This document shows, piece by piece, positions 18,756 through 27,928 of a stretch of DNA of 64,000 nt (position 1 is the stretch's first letter; each line of letters begins with the position of its first letter). A program made the translations under genes and the position numbers. This DNA is from an uncultured Acidobacteriota bacterium. GTDB lineage: Bacteria > Acidobacteriota > Vicinamibacteria > Vicinamibacterales > UBA8438. A model generated the notes under the pieces. That model saw only the letters and a program-made list of their open reading frames with translations. It made no database searches and was not told where the DNA came from. Where the stretch lies: assembly GCA_913043225.1 (NCBI GenBank), contig CAJWLU010000008.1, positions 32,001-96,000 on the forward strand, given 5' to 3'.

Positions 18756-19742
18756 ATGCGTAAGCGTGCCATGCGGTCGGTCTTTGCGGTGGCGCTCGTC
18801 GCCCTCGTCACGCTTCCCGCGGCGGCTCAGACCGCGCCGACGACGGCCTGGGGCGACCCGGATCTTGGAGGTATCTGGGACTTTCGTACCATTACCCCGT
18901 TCCAGCGACCTGAGAGTCTCGGCAACCAGGAGTTCCTCACCGAAGAAGAGGCGGCAAACCTCGAGCAGGAAGTCGTCGACAGGAACCAGGAGCTGCTTGA
19001 GCGTCCAGCCGAGCGGACCGAGGCGGCCAATCAGGTGGACCGCCGCGGTGATGGCACCCCAGGCTTCTACAATAACTTCTGGCTCGATAGCGGTACCCAG
19101 ACCGTCGCTACTCGACGCACGTCGCTCATCGTCGATCCCCCTAATGGCCGGCTGCCCGAGATGACCCCGGCGGGACAAGCAAGGGCTATGGAGGCCCGCG
19201 CCTACCGGGAGGCTCATCCGGCTGACTCCTGGACCGATCGGACCGCGGCCGACCGCTGCCTACTCGGTTTCAACGCGGGTCCGCCGCTGACGCCGGGCGG
19301 CTACAACCAGAACCTACAGGTCTTCCAAACTCCTGACCATGTCGCGATGGTGACCGAGATGGTGCACACGGTCCGAATGGTGCCGCTCAACGAGCGACCG
19401 CTGTTGCCGGAGCACATGGCCCAGTGGTCGGGCGAGGCGCGCGGGCATTGGGAGGGCGACACGCTGGTCGTCGAAACCCGTAACTTTAACCTCGACCGTC
19501 GCTGGCGCAATACCACCGACAGCCTGGTGCTCACCGAGCGCTTCACCCGGATTGACGACGGGACGCTTGAGTACCGCTACACGGTGAACGATCCGGAGAC
19601 CTGGGTGAGCCCATGGACCGCGTCGATTCCGCTGCGACGCACCGATGTGCCGATGTACGAGTACGCCTGCCACGAAGGTAACCTCAGCATGGATGGGATC
19701 CTGGCGGGACACCGCGCCGAGGAGCGTGAGGCGGGACAGTAG
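18756..19742 (+). CDS. Secreted hypothetical protein, 'EYACHEGN' family paralog 2
   Basis: AAGGAGG RBS; signal peptide; same motif series, EMVH, YEYACHEGNL. Confidence 0.88.
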   Translation: MRKRAMRSVFAVALVALVTLPAAAQTAPTTAWGDPDLGGIWDFRTITPFQRPESLGNQEFLTEEEAANLEQEVVDRNQELLERPAERTEAANQVDRRGDGTPGFYNNFWLDSGTQTVATRRTSLIVDPPNGRLPEMTPAGQARAMEARAYREAHPADSWTDRTAADRCLLGFNAGPPLTPGGYNQNLQVFQTPDHVAMVTEMVHTVRMVPLNERPLLPEHMAQWSGEARGHWEGDTLVVETRNFNLDRRWRNTTDSLVLTERFTRIDDGTLEYRYTVNDPETWVSPWTASIPLRRTDVPMYEYACHEGNLSMDGILAGHRAEEREAGQ

Positions 19743-19752
19743 GAGCACCGAC

Positions 19753-20892
19753 GTGAGTCCGAGGGTGAATCGCCGAACGGCGGTCAGGATGCTGGGTGCG
19801 GGGGCCGCGGGCACCGCGCTGACGACGATCGGTTGCGGCGGGGCTCCTGTGCCTCAGGAGTCGGCGTCGGTTGCAACCTTGTCAGAAGACCAGCCGCGGC
19901 CGGTAGAGTTTCCTGACGGCGCAGTCGTTCGCACCGTGCTGGAGGACATCGACCCTCGCGTGCTTGGCGCGGGCGCGACGCTCTTTCACGAGCACCTGTC
20001 ATTCGCCTTTAGGAGTCCACCGCCTGAGCCACGGGCACCGGACACGCCATTTCCGCCCGCGCCGACCAACGACGAGATGGTCGGTCTGATGGTCGAGGAG
20101 CTCGACATGGCAGCGTTCGACGGGGTGAGCTGCATCGTCGATTCCTCTGTCGGTCCACGCACGCCGCAGCAGCTCGAGAACCTCCGATTGATGGCCGAGC
20201 GGTCCTCGGTGAGGATCGTCACTGGCGGTAGCTATTTCCTCCAGCGTAGCTATCCGGCGGAGTTCGGTACGCTCCCGGCCGAGGAGATTGCGGCCCAGCT
20301 AGTTCACCAGGCAGCTAACGAGCGCTGGGGCGCTCTCGGCGAGGTCGGAACCTCGTTTCCCGAGATGCACGACGGCGAGCGCACCATGCTCCAGGCCGTC
20401 AGCCAGGCGCATCTGGAGACCAGGCTCCCTATCTTCACGCACGTGCCGCACGAAAGTTGCCCGACCTGCGCCATCGAGCAGCTCGACATCTACGAGGCGG
20501 CTGGCGTCGACCTGGCTCATCTGTGTATCGGCCACCAGTCGACCATCAAGGCAGACGATGATCCGGGGTGGCAGACCCATTTGGAGATCGCGCGCCGGGG
20601 GGCGTTCATCGGGTTCGACACGGTCGGCCACGAGATGAGCGCATCGTTCATCCCCGAGCGCGTGAAGGTCGACATGGTGCTCAACGCCATCGAGGCTGGC
20701 TTCGAGGACCAGATCTTGCTGTCGTCCGATTTCGCCAACACTACCCAGATCAAGGCCAACTGGGGCAACGGGTTCTCCACCGTGCTGATCCAGTTCGTCC
20801 CGAAGCTCCGCTACTACGGTGTCCCGGACGAGACGCTGCAGAAGATCCTCGTCGACAACCCTCGCCGCTGGCTGGCCTACACGCCCACCTAG
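19753..20892 (+). CDS. Phosphotriesterase-family amidohydrolase, Tat-exported lipoprotein
   Basis: NRRTAV...TIGC signal; HEHL, GEVG, FTH, IGH, LSSD, LVDNPRR. Confidence 0.88.
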   Translation: MSPRVNRRTAVRMLGAGAAGTALTTIGCGGAPVPQESASVATLSEDQPRPVEFPDGAVVRTVLEDIDPRVLGAGATLFHEHLSFAFRSPPPEPRAPDTPFPPAPTNDEMVGLMVEELDMAAFDGVSCIVDSSVGPRTPQQLENLRLMAERSSVRIVTGGSYFLQRSYPAEFGTLPAEEIAAQLVHQAANERWGALGEVGTSFPEMHDGERTMLQAVSQAHLETRLPIFTHVPHESCPTCAIEQLDIYEAAGVDLAHLCIGHQSTIKADDDPGWQTHLEIARRGAFIGFDTVGHEMSASFIPERVKVDMVLNAIEAGFEDQILLSSDFANTTQIKANWGNGFSTVLIQFVPKLRYYGVPDETLQKILVDNPRRWLAYTPT

Positions 20893-20908
20893 TCGACGTC
20901 CCCCCGGC

Positions 20909-22207
20909 ATGCTCACGCTGTTCGGGATCCTGACCGTCGTTACGCTGCTTGTCCTCGTGCTGGCACGGATCACGTCCGTGCTGGTCGCCCTGGTGCTGGT
21001 ACCACTGGCCACAGGGCTGCTGGCTGGATTGGGTAGCGACGTTGGGGTCTTCGCGCTCTCCGGTGTCGAATCGGTCGCCGGCACTGCGACCATGCTCGGG
21101 TTTGCGGTGCTGTACTTCGGACTGATGAACGACGCGGGGCTCTTCGCGCCGCTCATTCGCGCCGTGGTGCGGTTCGGAGGAGCCGACCCGGTGCGGATCG
21201 TGATGGGCACCGCCGTCGTGGGAATGCTGGCCCATCTGGACGGGTCTGGCGCGTCGACCTTTCTCATCGCGATTCCTGCGCTGCTGCCGATCTACGAGCG
21301 GCTCGGGCTCGACCGCTCGGTGCTCGCGGCCACGGTAGCCCTTTCGGCCGGCACCTTGAATGTAGTGCCCTGGGGCGGGCCGACATTGCGCGCCGCTACG
21401 GTTTTGCAGGTGGATGTGCTCGATCTGTTCCGACCGCTGCTACCTTCTTTGGTGGCCGGGCTGGTGACCGTCCTTGCGCTCGCCGCGTGGCTGGGTCGTT
21501 CGGAACGACGTCGCTTGGCCGCGGCGGGTACTCCCTCCGTCGAGACGAACCCGACGACGGTACCAGAGCCCGAATCCGCTCCGGTCCCGCGCTGGCTATT
21601 CGCCTTCAATGTCGTCCTGACTGTTCTGGCCCTAGTGGGCCTGGTCCAGGCGGTGCTGCCGTTGCCGATTATCTTCATGACCGCGTACGCGGTGGCGCTG
21701 GTCGTGAACTGCCCCGCACCGCAAGCACAGAGAGACCAGTTGGTGCGACACGCCGGTCCTGCCATGACCATGGTCGGACTGATCCTGGCCGCCGGGGTGT
21801 TCGCTGGCATCCTCCGCGAGTCGGGCATGATCACGGCCATGGGGCAGTCGCTGGTCGATGCACTGCCGGCCACGCTGACCGGGCATCTGGCCACACTGAC
21901 GGCGCTGGCTGCCATGCCGCTGAGCCTCGCGTTCGACCCCGATTCGTTCTATTTCGGCGTGCTTCCGGTCATCGCCAGTGCCGCTGACATCGCTGGAGGC
22001 AGCGGCGTCGAGGTGGCCCGTGCGGCGCTGCTGGGGCAGATGACTACCGGTTTCCCGGTCAGTCCCCTGACCCCGGCCACGTTCCTCCTGATCGGCATGA
22101 GCGGCGTGGACTTGGCCGACCACCAGCGGAAGACCATACCGCTGGCTTATCTCGTCACGCTCGTCATGAGCCTGGTCGCCCTTGCCACCGGTGCGTTTTC
22201 GTTCTGA
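20909..22207 (+). CDS. CitMHS family citrate/dicarboxylate:H+ symporter
   Basis: FAVLYFGLMNDAGLF, LDGSGASTF, PWGGPT, DSFYFGVLPV, SPLTP; many TM helices. Confidence 0.88.
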   Translation: MLTLFGILTVVTLLVLVLARITSVLVALVLVPLATGLLAGLGSDVGVFALSGVESVAGTATMLGFAVLYFGLMNDAGLFAPLIRAVVRFGGADPVRIVMGTAVVGMLAHLDGSGASTFLIAIPALLPIYERLGLDRSVLAATVALSAGTLNVVPWGGPTLRAATVLQVDVLDLFRPLLPSLVAGLVTVLALAAWLGRSERRRLAAAGTPSVETNPTTVPEPESAPVPRWLFAFNVVLTVLALVGLVQAVLPLPIIFMTAYAVALVVNCPAPQAQRDQLVRHAGPAMTMVGLILAAGVFAGILRESGMITAMGQSLVDALPATLTGHLATLTALAAMPLSLAFDPDSFYFGVLPVIASAADIAGGSGVEVARAALLGQMTTGFPVSPLTPATFLLIGMSGVDLADHQRKTIPLAYLVTLVMSLVALATGAFSF

Positions 22208-22251
22208 CCAGACGGCTTGTCCAGATGTGGTCTCCGGCGGAGAATGGCGCG

Positions 22252-23592
22252 GTGCGAACTATCCGGATCGGGGGCGGAGCTGGGTACTCGGGTGATCGGA
22301 TTGAGCCGGCGGTCGAGCTTGTAGACCAGGGCCGCCTCGACTATCTCATTTTCGAGTGTCTGGCTGAGCGGACCATCGCGCTGGCACACCTAGCCCGGCT
22401 GCGGGATCCGGCGCGCGGCTACGACCCTCTGCTCGCCGAACGGATGCGCGCCGTCCTGCCAGGCTGTCACGCGCAGGGCGTGCGGATTGTTACCAACATG
22501 GGCGCGGCGAATCCTTTGGCCGCACGCGACCGGATCGTCGCGCTGGCCCGCGAGCAGGGACTCGATGGACTCCGAGTCGCCGCAGTCATCGGAGATGAGA
22601 TCACTGCGCTGGCGGTGGAGCAGGAACTCACGCTCCAGGAAACCGGGCGCTGTGTCTCCGAGCTTGGCGACCGGCTCGTGTCGGCGAACGCATACCTCGG
22701 AGCCGAGCCGATGGTCGCTGCGCTCGAGCGCGGGGCCGATGTCGTTGTGACGGGCCGGGTGGCCGACCCATCGCTGGCGCTCGCTACCCAGATGCATGCC
22801 TTCGGCTGGCGGCCCGACGACTGGCCGCGACTCGGGGCGGGTACGGTGGTCGGGCACCTCGTGGAGTGCGCCGGGCAGATCACGGGCGGCTACTATGCCG
22901 ACCCTGGCGTGAAGGACGTTCCTGGGCTGGGTCGACTCGGGTTCCCGATCGCCGAAGTGGACGAGCGCGGCTCGGCGGTGATTACCAAGGTGTCCGGTTC
23001 CGGCGGCATTGTCACCGAGCACACCTGCGCCGAACAGCTGCTCTACGAAGTACACCAGCCGGATCGCTATCTCACCCCAGACAGTAGCGCGGACTTCTCC
23101 AGAGTTACCCTGGCCGAGGTTGGACCCGACCGGGTGGCGGTGGCTGGTGGTACCGGCGGTCCGCGGCCCCAGGCGCTCAAGGTATCGGTTGGCTATCGCG
23201 ATGGGTACGTAGGGGAGGGGCAGATCTCCTATGCTGGGCCAGGCGCCGTGGGGCGGGCCCGTCTGGCCGCCGACATCGTGCGCGAGCGGCTCGAGTTGAT
23301 CGGCGTTCAGCCCCGGGAGCTTCGCTGCGATCTGCTCGGGGTGAACGCGTTGCACGGCACGGCGTCAGCACTGGCGCACGCCGATCCAAACGAGGTCAGG
23401 CTCCGCGTTGTCGCTCGCACCGATGCCCGTGACGAGGCGACCCGACTCGGCGGTGAGGTCGAGACCTTGTTAACCAACGGTCCCGCTGGTGGTGGTGGGT
23501 CGACCCGGAGCGTACGGGAGACGGTCGGTATCGAGTCGGCGTCGATCGACCGCCAGCTGGTGAGGCCGGCCGTCGAGCTGGCCAAGGTGTAG
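22252..23592 (+). CDS. AtuA family (DUF1446) protein
   Basis: RIGGGAGYSGDR, FECLAERT, ANAYLG, GRVAD, GHLVEC, EQLLYE, TNGPAGGGG; alternative start at 22225. Confidence 0.9.
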   Translation: MRTIRIGGGAGYSGDRIEPAVELVDQGRLDYLIFECLAERTIALAHLARLRDPARGYDPLLAERMRAVLPGCHAQGVRIVTNMGAANPLAARDRIVALAREQGLDGLRVAAVIGDEITALAVEQELTLQETGRCVSELGDRLVSANAYLGAEPMVAALERGADVVVTGRVADPSLALATQMHAFGWRPDDWPRLGAGTVVGHLVECAGQITGGYYADPGVKDVPGLGRLGFPIAEVDERGSAVITKVSGSGGIVTEHTCAEQLLYEVHQPDRYLTPDSSADFSRVTLAEVGPDRVAVAGGTGGPRPQALKVSVGYRDGYVGEGQISYAGPGAVGRARLAADIVRERLELIGVQPRELRCDLLGVNALHGTASALAHADPNEVRLRVVARTDARDEATRLGGEVETLLTNGPAGGGGSTRSVRETVGIESASIDRQLVRPAVELAKV

Positions 23593-23596
23593 TTCC

Positions 23597-23908
23597 ATGC
23601 TCTTGCACGCGCTGGCCCATACCCGCTCTGGTGACAAGGGAAACACTGCGAATCTTTCGGTGATCGCCTACGAGAAGTCGGACTACCCGCGTCTCGCGCG
23701 CTATCTGACCGCCGAACGAGTCAAGGCGCATTTGGCCCCGCATGTTCGGGGTGCGGTTGAACGCCACCTGATGCCTGAGGTTGGCGCCCTCAACTTCGTG
23801 CTCCACGATACGCTCCGTGGAGGCGTCACCCGTTCGCTGGCCATGGATCCCCATGGAAAGTCGCTCAGCTCAGCCCTGTTGACGCTCGACATTCCGGACG
23901 ATGCTTGA
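23597..23908 (+). CDS. Small AtuA-associated protein (AtuA C-terminal-like domain)
   Basis: AHTRSGDKGN, ALNFVL, GGVTRSL..DPHGKSLS. Confidence 0.88.
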   Translation: MLLHALAHTRSGDKGNTANLSVIAYEKSDYPRLARYLTAERVKAHLAPHVRGAVERHLMPEVGALNFVLHDTLRGGVTRSLAMDPHGKSLSSALLTLDIPDDA

Positions 23909-23976
23909 GGCGCGGGTAGGGGACGAGTGCGGTACTATCTGACCTACGAATTGCTGACAGACCCCTGGAGACCTTG

Positions 23977-24990
23977 ATGTCTAGATCCTGCGCACGCGCC
24001 CTCTTGCTGCTGGTGGCCGTGGCCTTGGTGCCGGCTGCCGCTCTGGCTCAGACCGATCGGATCATGCCGATGCGGACCCCAGATGGACAACCGGATGTGT
24101 CCGGTACCTTTACCTTTCGCACCTTGACGCCGCTCGAACGCCCGTCAGATCTGTCGGATCAGGAGACACTGAACGTCGAAGATGCCGCGGCCTGGGAAGC
24201 GCGGGAGCGGACGCGCCGCAACCGGGATCTGTTCGACCCTGAGAGGGGCGCGCTGTTCTATCGGCCGCGGGCGGAAGGCGGCGTACTGTCCTACAACGAG
24301 TTTTGGTATGAACGCGGAGTGGAGATGACGGCCGACAAGCGGACGTCACTCATCGTTGACCCACCAAGCGGCCGCCGTCCGCCGAGAGTGGAGCGTTCGC
24401 CGGAGGAACAGGCCGCAGCCCAGGCGCGTGCCGCCTACCGACGGGAGCACATGTACGATTCCTACGAGAATCGGAGCACCGGCGATCGCTGTCTGATGGG
24501 CTTCAACGCGGGGCCACCGATGACCTCGGCCACTTATAACAACAACGCGATGATCTTTCAGGCCCCAGGCTATCTCGCCATCCTGAACGAGATGGTGCAC
24601 AACGTCCGGATGATCCCGATCACCGAGCCGGGCGAGGAGGAGACAGCGAAGCCGCCGTTCGACCAGCGGAGCGGTGTGTCTCGTGCCCACTGGGAGGGTG
24701 AGACCTTGGTGATCGAGACCACGCAGTTTGCGGGTGGAAGCAGCAGTTTGAGCTCGACCAACATGCATTTGGTGGAACGATTGACCCGGATCGATCCGGA
24801 CACGGTGGCCTACGAGTACACTGTGACCGACCCGACCGTTTACACCGCTCCCTACACCGTGATGATGCCGTTCCGGCGCACCGACGGACCGCTCTTCGAG
24901 TACGCCTGCCACGAGGGCAATATCGGTCTCTTCGGGATTCTCGCCGGTGCCCGGGTGCAGGAGGCGCAGGGGATCCCGCTACGGCCATAG
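23977..24990 (+). CDS. Secreted hypothetical protein, 'EYACHEGN' family paralog 3
   Basis: Signal peptide; TPLERP, YNEFW, RTSLIVDPP, DRC, EMVH, FEYACHEGNI. Confidence 0.88.
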   Translation: MSRSCARALLLLVAVALVPAAALAQTDRIMPMRTPDGQPDVSGTFTFRTLTPLERPSDLSDQETLNVEDAAAWEARERTRRNRDLFDPERGALFYRPRAEGGVLSYNEFWYERGVEMTADKRTSLIVDPPSGRRPPRVERSPEEQAAAQARAAYRREHMYDSYENRSTGDRCLMGFNAGPPMTSATYNNNAMIFQAPGYLAILNEMVHNVRMIPITEPGEEETAKPPFDQRSGVSRAHWEGETLVIETTQFAGGSSSLSSTNMHLVERLTRIDPDTVAYEYTVTDPTVYTAPYTVMMPFRRTDGPLFEYACHEGNIGLFGILAGARVQEAQGIPLRP

Positions 24991-25040
24991 CCCGGTCGAG
25001 GTCCGACGAGCCGCCCGGTTGTGATCCGAGAGGAACGCTG

Positions 25041-26030
25041 ATGAGTCATCGAACCTACCTATTGTTGTTGGCCTTGTCCGCGCTGTTGTTCGTGGAGGCG
25101 ACCTCGGCATGGGCCCAGGCCCCGCCCCGCACCACGTGGGGGCAGCCGGACCTCCAGGGGATCTGGGACTTCCGGACCCTGACCCCGCTCCAGCGGCCGG
25201 ACGATTCCTCCGAGTTCCTCACCTCGGAGGAAGCGGCGAGTCTCGAGCGGGAAACGGTGGCTCGCAATCAGGAGCTGCTCGAGGCGCCGCCGCGGCGAAC
25301 CGAGGCAGGTGGCAACGTCGGTGGATACAACAACTTTTGGATGGACCGGGGCACGACGGCGATCGAGACCCGCCGCACCTCACTGGTGATCGATCCCCTT
25401 GACGGCCGGCTGCCGGATCTCACCGAGGTCGGGCGGGAACGGTCCGAGGCCTGGCAGACCTACCTGACGGAGCACGGCGCCGACTCCTACACCGACCGCA
25501 ACACGTCGGATCGCTGCATCGTCGGGTTCAACGCCGGACCACCGATCACCCCGCTGGCCTACAACCAGAACATGCAGCTGTTCCAGACGCCGACCCACGT
25601 CGTGATTTACACCGAGATGGTGCACACAGCCAGGATCGTGCCACTTGACAGTCGGCCGACGCTCGACGGAGGCGTGCGTCTGTGGTCTGGCGATTCCCGG
25701 GGGTACTGGGACGGTGACACGCTGGTGATCGAATCGACCAACTTCAACGCCAAGCGGAAGTGGATCCCGTTGGCGGGGGTGGGCGGGGGCGTGTACACCA
25801 CCGAGCACATGACCCTGGTCGAACGTCTACGGCGCCTCGATGACGACACCCTCGAGTACACCTTCACGGTTACCGACCCCGAGACCTGGAGTCGTCCATG
25901 GACCGCGTCGATGCCGATGCAGCGGACCGACCAGCCGCTCTATGAGTATGCGTGCCATGAGGGGAACTACAGCATGGAGGGGATCCTGGCTGGAGCCCGG
26001 GTCCTTGAACTCGCCGAGGGAGGCCAGTAG
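25041..26030 (+). CDS. Secreted hypothetical protein, 'EYACHEGN' family paralog 4
   Basis: Signal peptide; PDLQGIW, YNNFW, DRC, EMVH, YEYACHEGNY. Confidence 0.88.
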   Translation: MSHRTYLLLLALSALLFVEATSAWAQAPPRTTWGQPDLQGIWDFRTLTPLQRPDDSSEFLTSEEAASLERETVARNQELLEAPPRRTEAGGNVGGYNNFWMDRGTTAIETRRTSLVIDPLDGRLPDLTEVGRERSEAWQTYLTEHGADSYTDRNTSDRCIVGFNAGPPITPLAYNQNMQLFQTPTHVVIYTEMVHTARIVPLDSRPTLDGGVRLWSGDSRGYWDGDTLVIESTNFNAKRKWIPLAGVGGGVYTTEHMTLVERLRRLDDDTLEYTFTVTDPETWSRPWTASMPMQRTDQPLYEYACHEGNYSMEGILAGARVLELAEGGQ

Positions 26031-26050
26031 GCGGCCGGCGGACCAGACCG

Positions 26051-26731
26051 TTGCGTCTTTCTATCATCGTTCCCGTGTACAACGAGCGGGACAGCATCGC
26101 TGACCTGCTCGCTCAGGTGATGGCTGCGGACGTCGAGAAGCAGCTGGTGGTGGTTGACGATGGGTCGACAGACGGGACCACGGAGTGGCTGGAGGAGTGG
26201 GCGGCTGACCAGCCGGCCTGGGTGCAGTGCCTGCGGCACGCCAGGAATCGGGGTAAGGGCGCTGCGGTGCGAACGGCCCTGGCCGCGGTGACGGAGGACT
26301 GGGTTGTCATCCAGGACGGCGACCTCGAGTACGACCCCCGGGACTATACCAAACTGCTCGAGGCAGCCAGGTCGACTCCAGCAAAGGTCGTCTACGGTTC
26401 GAGGTTTCTGGACGGAAATCCTGGGATGTTCTTCACCCAGCGGGCGGGCAACGTCATCCTGACTCGGCTGACCAACCTGCTCTACGGCTCGTCGCTCACC
26501 GACATGGAAACCTGCTACAAGCTGTTCGCTGCCGAGGTCGTGACCGGGTTATCGCTGACCTCAGACCGGTTCAATATCGAGCCGGAGTTGACGGCCAAGG
26601 TGCTCCGGGCAGGCCACCCGATCGTGGAGGTGCCGATCAGTTACGCTGGTCGCGCCTATGTGGAGGGGAAGAAGATCAACTGGAAAGACTTCGTATCCGC
26701 TGTTTGGACACTGTGCCGATGGCGGTGGTGA
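26051..26731 (+). CDS. Glycosyltransferase family 2 (DPM1-like)
   Basis: SIIVPVYNE, VDDGSTDGT, NRGKG, QDGDLEYDP, GSRF, TDMETCYK; TTG start. Confidence 0.92.
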   Translation: MRLSIIVPVYNERDSIADLLAQVMAADVEKQLVVVDDGSTDGTTEWLEEWAADQPAWVQCLRHARNRGKGAAVRTALAAVTEDWVVIQDGDLEYDPRDYTKLLEAARSTPAKVVYGSRFLDGNPGMFFTQRAGNVILTRLTNLLYGSSLTDMETCYKLFAAEVVTGLSLTSDRFNIEPELTAKVLRAGHPIVEVPISYAGRAYVEGKKINWKDFVSAVWTLCRWRW

Positions 26732-26768
26732 CGGTCCGGAGACCGTCACCCTCTACCTCGAGGCCGCG

Positions 26769-27812
26769 CTAGCGGCCCTGCTTATCGAGATAGCGCTCGT
26801 TGGTGAGCGCGTGCTCCATCGCGTAGTTCCCTTCGTGGCAGGCGAACTCGTAGATCACGCCGGTGCCGGGCGCCGGCCGCATCAGCATCCGAGCGGTCCA
26901 CGGAGCGGTCCAGGTTGATGGGTCGTTCACCGTGTACTCGTACTCGAGCATTTCGGGGCCCACCCGGGTAAACCGTTCGGTGATTTGGGCGTTGGTGGTC
27001 GAGCCGTTGACCCCGCGCTTGAGATTGCTCGTTTCCACCACCAGCGTATCGCCGTTCCAGTGCCCGCGGGAGGTTCCGGTATTGGTCCGTGGTCCAGACA
27101 CGGCCGGCGACGCGTCTCCCAGCGGGATGATGCGGGTCTCATGGTGCATCTCGATCTGGATGGCGAGGTGGCTTGCCGACTGAAAGATCTGGTAGTTACT
27201 GTTGTAGCCCCGTCCGCTCAGTATCGCGCCCGCGCCCCGACACCGGATAGCGGGGTCGACTGCCGCGATCTCCTGCGCCAGGGTTAGTCGGCCGTCAGGG
27301 CCAGGTTGCCCCCGCTGGGCTCGTGCCCGTTCGGTGCGCGCCTCGGCTTCAGGAGTGCGAGGCGGGAGCCGCCCGTTTGGAGGGTCCACCACCAGCGAGG
27401 TGCGGTTGTCGAACCAACGGTCGATCATCCAGAACTGGTTGTAGCTCCGTGTCGAGGTGTTGGACGACCGCCGCGCTGCCCGTTCCTCTTCCTCTGCGGG
27501 GCTTTGGACCGCCGCGAGTGCCCGGAGGTACGGAGTGTCGCCGAAGACCGCGTCGCCGCCGACGCTGTCGTACTCGGCCATGTAGGCCGCCATCGCAGCC
27601 ACTTCCTCGTTGGTCAGCGTGGCGCGCTCCCCGAGCGACTCCGGCCGCTGAAATGGGGTGGCCGAATCGTTGGCCCAGATCCCCTGGAGATTCGGGTGAC
27701 CGTCGGCGGTGCGCGGCATGGTCCACCCGTCCGGAGCCTGTCCTGCCGATACCACCGGGGCTAGCGCCGCGACGAGTAGCGCTGCCGCTGCCGCGATACC
27801 TCGATTCCTCAT
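26769..27812 (-). CDS. Secreted hypothetical protein, 'EYACHEGN' family paralog 5
   Basis: GGAGG RBS; signal peptide; PNLQGIW, YNQFW, IRC, EMHH, YEFACHEGNY. Confidence 0.88.
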   Translation of the reverse strand: MRNRGIAAAAALLVAALAPVVSAGQAPDGWTMPRTADGHPNLQGIWANDSATPFQRPESLGERATLTNEEVAAMAAYMAEYDSVGGDAVFGDTPYLRALAAVQSPAEEEERAARRSSNTSTRSYNQFWMIDRWFDNRTSLVVDPPNGRLPPRTPEAEARTERARAQRGQPGPDGRLTLAQEIAAVDPAIRCRGAGAILSGRGYNSNYQIFQSASHLAIQIEMHHETRIIPLGDASPAVSGPRTNTGTSRGHWNGDTLVVETSNLKRGVNGSTTNAQITERFTRVGPEMLEYEYTVNDPSTWTAPWTARMLMRPAPGTGVIYEFACHEGNYAMEHALTNERYLDKQGR

Positions 27813-27928
27813 CTCGTCCTCCATTGGGCGTCTCGCGACGGCCCGGACCCTGACTTTCTCTCGCCCACGATAGGGCTACTTGGCGTCTAAGGCAAGCGCG
27901 TAGCCCATGGTGAGAGAATCGTCGGGCG

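Noticed and set aside
27873..27906. GGGCTAC...GTAGCCC inverted repeat between divergent genes
   Set aside because: Single 7-bp arm pair with a long spacer; could arise by chance.
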